Assembly: GCA_017961365.1 (NCBI GenBank)
Contig: JAGCXI010000057.1
Coordinates: 1-61,569 of the forward strand
Source of the DNA: Clostridia bacterium
Lineage (GTDB): Bacteria; Bacillota; Clostridia; Christensenellales; CAG-1252
Reading direction: 5' to 3'
Length of the DNA: 61,569 bases
Below, in pieces: positions 31,544 to 41,791 of the stretch (the stretch's first letter is position 1; each line of letters starts with the position of its first letter). Below the pieces are notes generated by a model. That model was not told the origin of the DNA. It worked only from the letters and a program-made list of their open reading frames with translations, and searched no databases. Both the position numbers and the translations under genes were made by a program.

Positions 31544-32625
31544 TGAAAAGATTCTCCGAGTCGCAAGAAGCCATATTAAAGCTCACTGCCGCGCAGGGGC
31601 TTACATATCGTCAAAAAGCCGCGCTCTTATCCCTTGCGGAAGAGCCGAAAGACCTTTTTAAGCGATTATACGCTTTGGCGCCTCGGATCGTTGAGATCGG
31701 AGATCATATCTTCGAGAAGCTCGAAGAGATCGACCATCGCTTTGATATCGAACGCCTGACGCGCTATATGGAGAATATCGGCGCGAATGTTGTCTTTAAG
31801 GGGGAGGCGGATTTCCCTGCGGCATTCGAGATCTTGGAAGAATGCCCGGAAGTCCTCTTTTACAAAGGAGATATCTCCCTCGCCGAAAAGGATTGCTTCG
31901 CCGTCGTCGGGACGAGAGCGCCCACGCGATACGGGCGTGACGTCACGGAACAATTCACGAAAGAGATCGCAAAAGGCGGTTTCAATATCGTCAGCGGGCT
32001 GGCGCGCGGCGTGGACGCGATCGCGCATAAAGCGGCGCTTGAAACGGGGGTTCCCACCATAGGGATCATCGGATGCGGCATAGACGTCGTGTATCCCGCC
32101 GAGAATAAAGCACTTTACGACGCCGTCGCGGAAAAAGGACTCATCCTCACGGAGTATTACTTTCAAGAGCCTGCGCTTCCGTATCATTTTCCGGAACGGA
32201 ATCGCTTGATCAGCGCGCTCTCGCAAGGGATACTCGTCACGGAAGCGGGATTGAAGAGCGGCACGATGATCACGGTGAATTATGCGCTGGATCAGGGAAA
32301 AGACGTGTTTCTTGTCCCCGGGAATGTATTCAGCGAGGCGAGCAAGGGAACAAATGAGATGTTGCATAACCCGCAATGCATGATCGCTTGCAGCGCGGAA
32401 GACGTCCTCTCGTTCTATAAACGTGAGGTGGAGAAAGAGGAAGAAAGCGTTCAGCTCTCCACGAGCGAAGTGCTCGTTTATGACGCTTTACAAGACGACG
32501 ATAAGCATTTCGAGGAGCTTATCGCGATCACGGGGTTGCCCATGGGCGAATTGATGGCGACTCTGACGAAACTCGAGATCCTCGGCGTCATCAAAAGATT
32601 GCCGGGCAATTATTACGGAATATAA
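31534..32625 (+). CDS. dprA: DNA processing protein DprA (Smf)
   Basis: GLARGVDAIAHKAALETGVPTIGIIGCGIDVVYPAEN and a C-terminal winged-helix-like tail. Confidence 0.85.
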   Translation: MELMKRFSESQEAILKLTAAQGLTYRQKAALLSLAEEPKDLFKRLYALAPRIVEIGDHIFEKLEEIDHRFDIERLTRYMENIGANVVFKGEADFPAAFEILEECPEVLFYKGDISLAEKDCFAVVGTRAPTRYGRDVTEQFTKEIAKGGFNIVSGLARGVDAIAHKAALETGVPTIGIIGCGIDVVYPAENKALYDAVAEKGLILTEYYFQEPALPYHFPERNRLISALSQGILVTEAGLKSGTMITVNYALDQGKDVFLVPGNVFSEASKGTNEMLHNPQCMIACSAEDVLSFYKREVEKEEESVQLSTSEVLVYDALQDDDKHFEELIAITGLPMGELMATLTKLEILGVIKRLPGNYYGI

Positions 32626-32654
32626 TAACGCGATCCATCGCGTAGCGGAGTAAT

Positions 32655-34724
32655 ATGAAGTTAGTAATAGTAGAATCACCATCGAAAGCAAAGACAATCG
32701 GCAAATATCTCGGTCAAGGTTATAAAGTGCTCGCCTCCGGCGGGCATATCAGCGACCTCCCCGAGAAGAGACTCGGCATCGACGTAGAGAATGGTTTCAC
32801 ACCGGAGTATGTCATCTCTCCGGATAAAGAACGTACGATCTCCGCATTGAAGTCCGCGGTAAAATCCAGCGATCGCGTCTATCTCGCGACCGACCCTGAC
32901 CGTGAAGGCGAGGCGATCAGTTGGCATTTGCAGACCGTTCTCGGTCTGCCCGACGACGAGATCCGCATCGAGTTTAATGAGATCTCTAAAAAGGCGGTCT
33001 TAAAAGCGCTCGAAACGCCGCGCAAGATCAATAAACGTCTCGTGGACGCCCAGCAAGCGCGCCGCGTGCTCGATCGCATCGTGGGCTATAAGATCTCTCC
33101 GATCTTGTCCCGCCGCATCAAGAACGGTCTTTCTGCGGGAAGGGTGCAGTCTGCGGCGTTGCGTATGGTCGTGGATCGCGAAAGAGAGATCAGAGATTTT
33201 AAGCCGGAAGAATATTGGACGCTTCACGCATTTTTCAAAGGAAAAAATCCCTTTAAGGCGATCTTCCAAGACGTGGACGGAAAGAAATTCAAGATCCCGA
33301 GCAAGGCGGCTTTGGATAAGCTCCTCGGACAGATCGACGGCAAGCCTTACGTCGTGGACGAAGTGAAGCGCTCCGTGCAGAAAGTGATGCCGATGCCTCC
33401 TTTCACGACGAGCACTTTGCAACAAGACGCTACGACGAAATTCAATATGAGTGCGCCGCAGGTCATGCAGATCGCCCAGCAGCTCTATGAAGGCTTCGAG
33501 ATCGAAGGAGAAGGACATGTCGCGCTCGTCACCTATATCCGTACGGACTCCGTGCGTGTGGCGGATGATGCGGTTTGGGCGGCAAAGCGTCATATCGTAG
33601 AAAAGTACGGCGCGGAATTTTATCCGAAATATCCGAATAAATTCGCGGTCAAACAGCAAGCGCAAGACGCGCACGAAGCGATCCGCCCCATTTCTCTCGA
33701 GCGCACGCCGGAGGATCTTAAAAAGAAGCTTGGAAAGAATCATTACCTCGTCTATAAGCTCATTTACGATCGTTTCGTGGCGAGCCAAATGGCGCCTGCG
33801 CTTTACGATACTTTGCGCGTGCATATCAATGCCGAAGGCGACGCGCATAAATTCGGATTTAAGGTGCAGGGCAGGACGCTGAAATTTGCGGGATACACCG
33901 CGGTATATGCCGATAGCAAAGCAAATGGGAATGAGGATGACGAAGATAACGCCCTCTTGCCTTCGCTCAATGAAGGAGACGTTTTGTCGCTCGATACCTT
34001 GAAATACGAGCAGAAATTCACGAAACCGCCGCAGCGCTATACAGAGAGTTCTCTCATTAAAGCGATGGAAGAGAACGGTATCGGCAGGCCGAGCACATAT
34101 GCTTCGATCCTGAGCGTTATCGCCAAGCGCGCTTATACGGAAAAAGAAGGAAAGGCATTGAAAGCGACGGAGCTCGGCGAGACCGTTTGCGACGCGATCG
34201 TGAAATATTTCCCCGATATCATGGACTTGAAATTCACCGCAAAGATGGAGAAGGAATTGGACGAAGTGGAGGAAGGCAGAAAATGGCAGGACCTTATCGG
34301 CGCTTTCTATCCGGGTTTTATCGATCACGTGCATAATGCGTTCAGAGACGGTTCCGCCTCCAAAAAGGAAGCGGTGCTTTCCGACGTTAAATGCAATAAG
34401 TGCGGCGCGATTATGGTGATCAAGGAGGGAAAATACGGAAAGTTCCTTGCTTGTCCGAAGTTCCCCGAATGTAAAAACATTCTTTCGATGGAAGATGAAG
34501 TGGTCGCCACCTGTCCCATCTGCGGAAAGGACGTCTTGAAAAAGCGCAGTAAAGCAGGTAAGACCTTCTATGGTTGCAGCGACTATCCGCGTTGTAAATT
34601 CGCAAGTTGGGATATCCCCGCGCCTCATCTTTGTCCCGAATGTCATTCCACGATGATCGTGAAAAGGGGGAAAACAGGCACGAAATACGTATGCACTTCT
34701 TGTAAGCATACGGAGGATAAATGA
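32655..34724 (+). CDS. topA: DNA topoisomerase I
   Basis: MKLVIVESPSKAKTIGKYLG (Toprim), catalytic region YIRTDS, three C-terminal Cys4 zinc ribbons. Confidence 0.95.
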   Translation: MKLVIVESPSKAKTIGKYLGQGYKVLASGGHISDLPEKRLGIDVENGFTPEYVISPDKERTISALKSAVKSSDRVYLATDPDREGEAISWHLQTVLGLPDDEIRIEFNEISKKAVLKALETPRKINKRLVDAQQARRVLDRIVGYKISPILSRRIKNGLSAGRVQSAALRMVVDREREIRDFKPEEYWTLHAFFKGKNPFKAIFQDVDGKKFKIPSKAALDKLLGQIDGKPYVVDEVKRSVQKVMPMPPFTTSTLQQDATTKFNMSAPQVMQIAQQLYEGFEIEGEGHVALVTYIRTDSVRVADDAVWAAKRHIVEKYGAEFYPKYPNKFAVKQQAQDAHEAIRPISLERTPEDLKKKLGKNHYLVYKLIYDRFVASQMAPALYDTLRVHINAEGDAHKFGFKVQGRTLKFAGYTAVYADSKANGNEDDEDNALLPSLNEGDVLSLDTLKYEQKFTKPPQRYTESSLIKAMEENGIGRPSTYASILSVIAKRAYTEKEGKALKATELGETVCDAIVKYFPDIMDLKFTAKMEKELDEVEEGRKWQDLIGAFYPGFIDHVHNAFRDGSASKKEAVLSDVKCNKCGAIMVIKEGKYGKFLACPKFPECKNILSMEDEVVATCPICGKDVLKKRSKAGKTFYGCSDYPRCKFASWDIPAPHLCPECHSTMIVKRGKTGTKYVCTSCKHTEDK

Positions 34725-36034
34725 AAGTTCGCGTGATCGGCGGCGGGCTCGCCGGAGCGGAAGCCGCTTACGCTTTGCTTCGGGCGGGCATCGATGTGGA
34801 CCTTTATGAGATGCGTCCCGCAAAAAGCACGCCGGCGCATAAGACGGGCGGACTGGCGGAGCTTGTCTGCTCGAATAGCTTAAAAAGCGAAGTGCTCGGC
34901 ACGGCGAGCGGCACCTTGAAAGAGGAGATGAAGCTCTTCGGGAGCGTCGTGCTTCGCGCGGCGGAAGAAGCGAGAGTGCCTTGCGGAGGCGCGCTCGGCG
35001 TGGATCGAGAGGCTTTTTCCAAGGCGGTGGAGGATATTCTAAGATCCTTCAAAGGGCTTGCGATCATTCGAGAGGAAGTCACGTCTTTGGATGATTCCTT
35101 GCCGACGATCCTTGCTACGGGTCCGCTCACGAGTGAGGCGATGGCGAAAGCGCTCTTTGAAAAAACGGGGGAAGAAGGACTCAGTTTCTATGACGCGGCG
35201 GCGCCGATCGTCACCGCCGAAAGCATAGATTACGATCATGCGTTCTTTGCTTCCCGTTATCAAAAAGGCGGCGATTCCGACTATCTGAACGCCCCGATGG
35301 ATAAGGAGGAGTATCGCGCTTTTTACGAGGCGTTGGTCGCGGCGGAGCGTGCGAAGCAGGAAGTCGGCGGGCATTATTTCGAAGGGTGTATGCCCATCGA
35401 AGTCATGGCGGCGAGCGGAGAGGATACGATCCGATTCGGTCCCCTGCGTCCCGTAGGACTGCGTCATCCCGTTACGGGAGAAAAGTATTACGCCGTTCTT
35501 CAGCTCCGTAAAGAGAATACGGCAGGCGAGCTTTATAATCTTGTCGGGTTCCAGACGAGCTTGACTTTCCCGGAGCAAAGGCGCGTATTCGGCTTGATCC
35601 CCGCTTTGAAAAATGCGGAGTTCGTGCGATACGGCGTTATGCATAGAAATACCTTCATCAATGCGCCGAAGGTCATCGATCGCACCTTTCGATTGAAAGG
35701 GGCGGAAAAGATATACGTTGCGGGGCAGCTTTCGGGCGTTGAAGGCTATATGGAGAGCGCGATGAGCGGAATGATCGCGGGACTTGCCTTGACGGCGTCC
35801 TTGAAAGATAAGGAATTCCCCGAGATGCCGGAGACGACGATCATGGGCGCTTTGTCGAAATACGTTTCGACGGAGAATGCGGACTTCCAGCCTATGAATG
35901 CGAATTTCGGGATATTGCCGCCTCCGGATATGCATATTCGCCATAAGGCGGATCGAAAAGATTATTACGCCGCGCGAGCGTTACGCGATATGAAAGAATA
36001 CGCCGAAAGACTCAATGCGGCGTTAAAGGAGTAA
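34721..36034 (+). CDS. trmFO: Methylenetetrahydrofolate--tRNA-(uracil54-C5)-methyltransferase TrmFO (Gid)
   Basis: VRVIGGGLAGAEAAYAL FAD motif, LVCSNSLK, GQLSGVEGYMESA. Confidence 0.9.
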   Translation: MKVRVIGGGLAGAEAAYALLRAGIDVDLYEMRPAKSTPAHKTGGLAELVCSNSLKSEVLGTASGTLKEEMKLFGSVVLRAAEEARVPCGGALGVDREAFSKAVEDILRSFKGLAIIREEVTSLDDSLPTILATGPLTSEAMAKALFEKTGEEGLSFYDAAAPIVTAESIDYDHAFFASRYQKGGDSDYLNAPMDKEEYRAFYEALVAAERAKQEVGGHYFEGCMPIEVMAASGEDTIRFGPLRPVGLRHPVTGEKYYAVLQLRKENTAGELYNLVGFQTSLTFPEQRRVFGLIPALKNAEFVRYGVMHRNTFINAPKVIDRTFRLKGAEKIYVAGQLSGVEGYMESAMSGMIAGLALTASLKDKEFPEMPETTIMGALSKYVSTENADFQPMNANFGILPPPDMHIRHKADRKDYYAARALRDMKEYAERLNAALKE

Positions 36035-36037
36035 AAT

Positions 36038-36571
36038 ATGGAATTTAAAGGCACTACGATCTGCGCTGTGAAAAAGGACGGCGTCACCGTGATCGCCGGC
36101 GACGGACAGGTCACGATGGGCGAGAGCGTCGTTTTCAAGGCGAATGCGGTCAAGGTCAAAAGGATCTACGGCGGAAAAGTCGTTGTCGGATTCGCGGGCA
36201 GCGTATCGGATGCTTTCTCGCTTAGCGAGAAATTCGAGAAAATGCTGCAAAAATTCAGCGGAAATCTTATGCGTAGCGCTGTGGAACTTGCGGAACTTTG
36301 GCGCAATGATAAGATGCCGCGTCAGCTTCAGGCGATGCTCATCGCCGCCGATAAGGATAATCTCCTCGTGCTCTCGGGCACGGGCGAAGTCATCGATCCG
36401 GACTCGGGCGTATGCGCGATCGGGAGCGGCGGGAATTATGCGCTTGCCGCGGCGCGCGCCCTTTATGACGTGGAAGGAATGACGGCGGAGACTATCGCGC
36501 GCAAGGCGATGAAGATCGCCTCCGAGCTTTGCGTCTTTACGAATGAAAACCTGACGGTGGAGGTGATCTGA
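36038..36571 (+). CDS. hslV: ATP-dependent protease subunit HslV
   Basis: Thr nucleophile context MEFKGTTICAVKKDG and GSGGNYALAAARAL. Confidence 0.9.
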   Translation: MEFKGTTICAVKKDGVTVIAGDGQVTMGESVVFKANAVKVKRIYGGKVVVGFAGSVSDAFSLSEKFEKMLQKFSGNLMRSAVELAELWRNDKMPRQLQAMLIAADKDNLLVLSGTGEVIDPDSGVCAIGSGGNYALAAARALYDVEGMTAETIARKAMKIASELCVFTNENLTVEVI

Positions 36572-37890
36572 TGGAACTTTTTACGCCGAAAGAGATCGTC
36601 GAAGAGCTCGACAAATATATCATCGGACAGGCGGAGGCGAAAAGATGCGTCGCCGTTGCCCTTCGAAATCGGTATAGACGCAGTCGCCTTGACGACGCCA
36701 CGCGCGAAGAAGTCACGCCGAAGAATATCATTATGAAAGGACCGACCGGCGTGGGTAAGACCGAAATCGCAAGAAGGCTCGCTAAGCTTGTCAAAGCGCC
36801 GTGGGTAAAGGTGGAAGCAACGAAATTCACCGAAGTCGGTTATGTCGGTCGCGACGTGGAATCCATGGTGAGAGATCTTGTGGAGGCTTCGATCCGCCTT
36901 GTGAAAGAGGAGAGATACGAGGAGCTTAAGCCGCGCGCCACGCAAGCGGCGGTGAATGCCCTCGTAAAGGTCATTCTTCCCATCCGAAAAGAGCTTTCGC
37001 CGGACGTCCCCGAAGCGCAGCTCGTCGAGGCGATATCCGAGGAACTGACGGAAGGAAAGCTGGACGAAATGCAAGTGGAGATCGAGGTGGCGGAAGCACA
37101 GAAACCTCTTCAAATGACGCAGAACGGTCAGGGCGCGGAGATCAATCTCGGAGACATCTTCCAACAGCTCGGCAAAAAGCCGAAAAAGAAGAGAAAACTC
37201 TATGTGAAGGATGCGATGCGTATGCTCATCGCGCAGGAATCCGATAAGCTCATCGATGATGACAGCGTGAATGCGGAAGCGCTTCGCAGAGCGGAGCAGG
37301 AAGGCATCATCTTCATCGACGAGATCGATAAGATCGCGGGCTCGGGCGTCGGTTCGTCGAGAGGCGGTCCGGACGTTTCGAGAGAAGGCGTGCAACGCGA
37401 CATTCTTCCCATTGTGGAGGGTTGCACCGTTTCCACGAAATACGGAAGCATTCGCACGGACTTCATTCTCTTTATCGCGGCGGGCGCTTTCCACATCTCG
37501 GAGGTTAAGGACCTCATCCCCGAGTTGCAGGGAAGATTTCCCGTGGTCGTCACCTTGGATAGCCTTACGAGGGAGGATTTTGTCAGGATCCTTACGGAGC
37601 CTTCCAACGCGCTCCTCAAGATGTACAGCGCGCTTTTGAAGGTGGACGGCGCTTCTTTGAAGTTTACGCGCGAAGCCATTGACCGCATCGCGGAGCTCGC
37701 ATTTTACGAGAATACGAATAGCGAGAATATCGGCGCGCGCAGGTTACATTCCATCCTCGAAGAGCTTCTTGCGGAAGTCTCCTTTGAAGCAAATGGCGAA
37801 GCGCGTGAGATCCTCATTGATCTCGCCTATGTGAATCAACACCTAAGCCGAGAGATCACGGATATCGATCTCAAGAGATATATCATTTAA
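36571..37890 (+). CDS. hslU: ATP-dependent protease ATPase subunit HslU
   Basis: GPTGVGKTEIARRLA, GIIFIDEIDKI, IAAGAFH; TGATG overlap with hslV. Confidence 0.95.
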   Translation: MELFTPKEIVEELDKYIIGQAEAKRCVAVALRNRYRRSRLDDATREEVTPKNIIMKGPTGVGKTEIARRLAKLVKAPWVKVEATKFTEVGYVGRDVESMVRDLVEASIRLVKEERYEELKPRATQAAVNALVKVILPIRKELSPDVPEAQLVEAISEELTEGKLDEMQVEIEVAEAQKPLQMTQNGQGAEINLGDIFQQLGKKPKKKRKLYVKDAMRMLIAQESDKLIDDDSVNAEALRRAEQEGIIFIDEIDKIAGSGVGSSRGGPDVSREGVQRDILPIVEGCTVSTKYGSIRTDFILFIAAGAFHISEVKDLIPELQGRFPVVVTLDSLTREDFVRILTEPSNALLKMYSALLKVDGASLKFTREAIDRIAELAFYENTNSENIGARRLHSILEELLAEVSFEANGEAREILIDLAYVNQHLSREITDIDLKRYII

Positions 37891-37902
37891 GGTGGAGAAG
37901 AT

Positions 37903-39156
37903 ATGATCAACATTTTGAAAGGTACGAAAGACGTTCTCCCGCAGGAGAGCTATAAGTGGCAAAAGATCGAGCACGAAATAGAAGCGGTCACCCGTCTCTA
38001 TAATCTGCATCGTATCTCGACGCCCACATTCGAGCATACCGAGCTCTTTTTGCGAGGCGTGGGAGACACTACGGATATCGTGAATAAAGAGATGTATACC
38101 TTTGAAGACAGGGGAGGCAGAAGCATCAGCTTGAAGCCGGAAGGCACGGCGGGCGTCGTGCGAAGCTATATAGAGAATTCTCTTTCGCAGCTTCCGCAGC
38201 CTTTGAAGATGTATTACGAGACGCCGGTTTTTCGCTATGAGCGCCCCCAGGCGGGAAGGCTTCGCGAACATCATCAATTCGGCGTGGAGATCTATGGCGC
38301 GGACAGCCCTGCGCAGGACGTGGAAGTGATGTTGATCGCAAAAACGCTCTTTGAGCGTTTGGGGATCAGCGGGCTGGAGCTTCGGATCAATAGCATTGGG
38401 TGTCCCACTTGCAGGAAGGCGTATAACGCGGCGTTGAAATCGTATTTTGCTTCACGCGTTGACGAGCTGTGTGCCACTTGCCGCGAGCGTTTGGATAAAA
38501 ATCCCTTGCGCATTCTCGATTGCAAAGAAGAGAAATGCGGCGAGATCGCGAAAAATGCGCCTTCCGTGCTCGATTATCTTTGCGAAGATTGCCGCGCTCA
38601 TCACGAGGGCGTAAAGGCGCTTCTTACAAAGCTCGGCATCTCCTATGTCGTGGACGATAAGATCGTGCGCGGGCTCGATTATTACACCAAAACGGTCTTT
38701 GAGTTCGTCGCGGGCGGCATCGGCGCAAAGTCCACGGTGTGCGGCGGCGGAAGATATAATGGGCTCGTGGAACAGATCGGCGGAAAGCCTTGTCCCGCCG
38801 TCGGCTTCGGAATGGGCATCGAGAGGCTTATCCTTACGATGACGACGATCGGCGCCTCCTTCGGCGAAGAGCCGACGCCCGATCTTTTCCTTGCGAATAT
38901 CGGACTTCCCGACGAGGCGTTTTTGCTCGCGGAATCACTTCGAAAAGAGGGGATCGCCGCGGAGTGCGACACGATGGGGCGGAGCTTGAAATCTCAGATG
39001 AAACTTTCCGACAAGCTCGGCGCGAAATACGTCGTCGTGATCGGGGAGAGCGAATGGGCGGCAGGCGTCGTAAAAGTGAAAGAAATGAAATCGGGCGAGG
39101 AAGAGGAATGCTCCCTCGCAAATATAGCGAACTACATTAAAGAAAAGAAGGCGTGA
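37903..39156 (+). CDS. hisS: Histidine--tRNA ligase
   Basis: Class II motif 2 region FRYERPQAGRLREHHQFGVEIYG; GGGRYNGL. Confidence 0.9.
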   Translation: MINILKGTKDVLPQESYKWQKIEHEIEAVTRLYNLHRISTPTFEHTELFLRGVGDTTDIVNKEMYTFEDRGGRSISLKPEGTAGVVRSYIENSLSQLPQPLKMYYETPVFRYERPQAGRLREHHQFGVEIYGADSPAQDVEVMLIAKTLFERLGISGLELRINSIGCPTCRKAYNAALKSYFASRVDELCATCRERLDKNPLRILDCKEEKCGEIAKNAPSVLDYLCEDCRAHHEGVKALLTKLGISYVVDDKIVRGLDYYTKTVFEFVAGGIGAKSTVCGGGRYNGLVEQIGGKPCPAVGFGMGIERLILTMTTIGASFGEEPTPDLFLANIGLPDEAFLLAESLRKEGIAAECDTMGRSLKSQMKLSDKLGAKYVVVIGESEWAAGVVKVKEMKSGEEEECSLANIANYIKEKKA

Positions 39157-40943
39157 TTATGGAATTATTGAAGAAAAGAACGAAAATGTGCGCGGAATAT
39201 AACGCGGCGGATATCGGCAGTAAAGTGACGGTCTTGGGATTCATCGCCAAGTACAGGAATCTCGGGAATCTGATTTTCGCAGACGTTCGAGACAGGACAG
39301 GCATCGTCCAAGTCTCGTTTGAGCAAGTTGCTTGCGGAGATGCTGTTTTTGCGGATGCGGAGAAGCTCAGAAACGAATATGTAGTCGCGGTGTCCGGCGT
39401 GGTCAGAAGCCGCGGAGAAAAGAATATCAATAAAAATCTCCCTTCGGGAGAAGTGGAGATCGCGGCGGATGCTTTGGAGATCCTTTCCGAGGCGGACGTG
39501 CCGCCTTTCGTGGTTTCCGAGCAAGCGGCGGTCGGTGAGGTGACGAGACTCAAATATCGTTATTTGGATCTGCGTCGCGGCAGTTTGCAGAATAATATTC
39601 GTATGCGCTCCGCCCTTTGCCATCTCGTGCATTCATATATGGACAAGCAGGGCTTCCTCGATATCGACACCCCTTGCCTCGGTCGCTCCACGCCGGAGGG
39701 CGCGCGCGATTATCTCGTCCCGAGCAGAGTGCATCACGGAGAATTCTATGCTTTGCCGCAGTCTCCGCAGATCTATAAACAACTTTTGATGATCGCGGGC
39801 TTCGATCGTTATTATCAGATCGCAAAGTGCTTCCGCGACGAAGACCTCCGTGCAAATCGTCAGCCGGAATTCACGCAGATCGATATGGAAATGAGCTATG
39901 CCGACTGTGAGGACGTTATGGGCGTGGCGGAAGGTCTCATCCGTGAAGTCTTCGATCGTTTGATCGGCGTGAAACTTCCCGAAAAGCTCCGCCGTATGCC
40001 GTACCGCGAGGCGATGGATCGCTTCGGTTCGGACAAGCCCGACACCCGTTTCGATATGGAGCTGAAAGACGTTTCCGACGTCGCGGCGACTTGCGGTTTC
40101 TCTGTATTTGAGAATGCGATCGCGGCGGGGAATAAAGTTAAGTGTATCAATGCGAAAGGTCTTGCGGCGAAATACACGAGAAAAGAGATCGATAAGCTTA
40201 CGGAGTTTGTCAAAGATTACGGCGCGAAAGGTCTTGCTTGGGTCTCCTTGAAATCGGAGGGAATGACTTCCTCTTTTGCAAAATTCCTGAAAGAGGGCGC
40301 TTTAGACGCTTTCTTGCAAGCCGCGGACGGTGCGGAAGGGGATATTCTTTTCTTTGTGGCGGATAAATACGCCGTTTGCTCTGCAAGTCTCGGCGCGCTT
40401 CGCTTGAAGATCGCGAAAGATTTCGGCTTGATCCCCGAAGGCTCTTATGACTTCCTTTGGGTCACGGAGTTCCCCCTCCTTGAGTATAGCGAAGAGGAAG
40501 GACGTTATGTCGCCATCCATCATCCCTTTACGGCGGCGATGGATGAAGATCTGCCTTTGCTCGATACCGATCCTTTGGCAGTCAGAAGCAAAGCCTATGA
40601 TCTTGTCATCAACGGAGAGGAAGCCGGCGGCGGCAGTATCAGGATACATACGCCGCAGATGCAGAGCAAGATCTTCGGGCTTCTCGGTTTCTCCGAGCAG
40701 GACATCGCGGAGCGTTTCGGCTTTTTTGTGGAGGCTTTCCGTTACGGCGCGCCGCCGCACGGCGGTCTTGCCTTTGGGCTCGATAGGCTCGTTATGCTTT
40801 TGACTGGCGCGGAGAGCATCAAGGATGTTATCGCTTTCCCGAAGATGCAGAATGCTTGTTGCTTGATGAGCGACGCACCTTCCGTCGTTGAGCCGAAACA
40901 GCTCACCGATCTTGCGATCAAGGTGGATCTCGGAGAGAAATAA
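39153..40943 (+). CDS. aspS: Aspartate--tRNA ligase
   Basis: FRDEDLRANRQPEFTQIDMEMS, GGGSIRIH, PPHGGLAFGLDRLVMLL. Confidence 0.95.
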   Translation: MIMELLKKRTKMCAEYNAADIGSKVTVLGFIAKYRNLGNLIFADVRDRTGIVQVSFEQVACGDAVFADAEKLRNEYVVAVSGVVRSRGEKNINKNLPSGEVEIAADALEILSEADVPPFVVSEQAAVGEVTRLKYRYLDLRRGSLQNNIRMRSALCHLVHSYMDKQGFLDIDTPCLGRSTPEGARDYLVPSRVHHGEFYALPQSPQIYKQLLMIAGFDRYYQIAKCFRDEDLRANRQPEFTQIDMEMSYADCEDVMGVAEGLIREVFDRLIGVKLPEKLRRMPYREAMDRFGSDKPDTRFDMELKDVSDVAATCGFSVFENAIAAGNKVKCINAKGLAAKYTRKEIDKLTEFVKDYGAKGLAWVSLKSEGMTSSFAKFLKEGALDAFLQAADGAEGDILFFVADKYAVCSASLGALRLKIAKDFGLIPEGSYDFLWVTEFPLLEYSEEEGRYVAIHHPFTAAMDEDLPLLDTDPLAVRSKAYDLVINGEEAGGGSIRIHTPQMQSKIFGLLGFSEQDIAERFGFFVEAFRYGAPPHGGLAFGLDRLVMLLTGAESIKDVIAFPKMQNACCLMSDAPSVVEPKQLTDLAIKVDLGEK

Positions 40944-41455
40944 TGCTCGAAATCGGGTACGTAGAGAGCGTCAATGAAAAGCGCGGCACGGCGCGCGTGG
41001 TCTTCGACAGAAGGTCGGCTTGCGATAAATGTAAGATGTGTCTTACGGCAAGCGGAGACAAGATGAAAGTCTATGTCGAAGTAAAGAACACCTTGCAGGC
41101 AAAAGCGGGTGACAGAGTGGGCGTGGCGATGAATGATAAGTTCGTCTTGAAGGCGGCGTTTATCGTTTATATTATCCCCGTCGTCTTGGTCGGCGTAGGG
41201 CTCGCTGTTTTCCGCAAACTCTCGGATCTTCTTATGCTCGCCGTCATCGCGGGCGGATTGCTTCTCGGCGTGGCGATCGGGATCGCCGTCGATCGGCTCG
41301 TGCGGAAAAAGGGAACGTTTGCCCCTACGATGACCGAGATTTATAAGGACGGACCCGAAAGGAGCGACGCGGAGGCACCCTCCGAATCGTCAAGAGAGCA
41401 AGAAGCCCCTGCCGAAGAAAGGTCCGAAAACGACGAAAAAAGCGAAAAAGAGTAA
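40943..41455 (+). CDS. RseC/MucC-family (SoxR-reducing-system-like) membrane protein with an acidic tail
   Basis: The N-terminus ...ARVVFDRRSACDKCKMCL... and two TM helices fit the RseC pattern. The Glu/Ser-rich C-terminus is unusual. TAATG overlap with aspS. Confidence 0.6.
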   Translation: MLEIGYVESVNEKRGTARVVFDRRSACDKCKMCLTASGDKMKVYVEVKNTLQAKAGDRVGVAMNDKFVLKAAFIVYIIPVVLVGVGLAVFRKLSDLLMLAVIAGGLLLGVAIGIAVDRLVRKKGTFAPTMTEIYKDGPERSDAEAPSESSREQEAPAEERSENDEKSEKE

Positions 41456-41476
41456 AAATAAAAGGAGGAGAGAAAT

Positions 41477-41791
41477 ATGCAGGTGATCACAAGCGAGAAT
41501 GTAAAAGAATTTTTGTCCGAAAAAGTGGCGGTGCTCGACTTTTGGGCGACTTGGTGCGGCCCTTGTCGTATGATGTCTCCCATCGTGGAGGAGCTTGCGG
41601 CGAAATATCAAGGAAAAGCGGCTTTCGGATCCGTCAATGTAGACGAAGAAGAGCCCCTTGCGATCTCGTATGGCATTTCCGTGATCCCTACGTTGATGTT
41701 TTTTAAAGACGGACAGATGGTGAAAAAGACGCTCGGACTTCATTCCTCTTCCGAATTGGAAGGGATCTTGGACGAGCTCTTGCAGGCATAA
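41477..41791 (+). CDS. trxA: Thioredoxin
   Basis: [13 protein letters not shown], 104 aa. Confidence 0.9.
   Translation: MQVITSENVKEFLSEKVAVLDFWATWCGPCRMMSPIVEELAAKYQGKAAFGSVNVDEEEPLAISYGISVIPTLMFFKDGQMVKKTLGLHSSSELEGILDELLQA

Noticed and set aside
33000-34823. 607-aa minus-strand ORF antisense to topA
   Set aside because: Same mirror-frame artefact (33000 and 32655 are both 0 mod 3). topA on the + strand has Toprim and zinc-ribbon motifs.
37891-37902. T-box or other leader upstream of hisS-aspS
   Set aside because: Only 12 nt separate hslU from hisS, so there is physically no room for a riboswitch.
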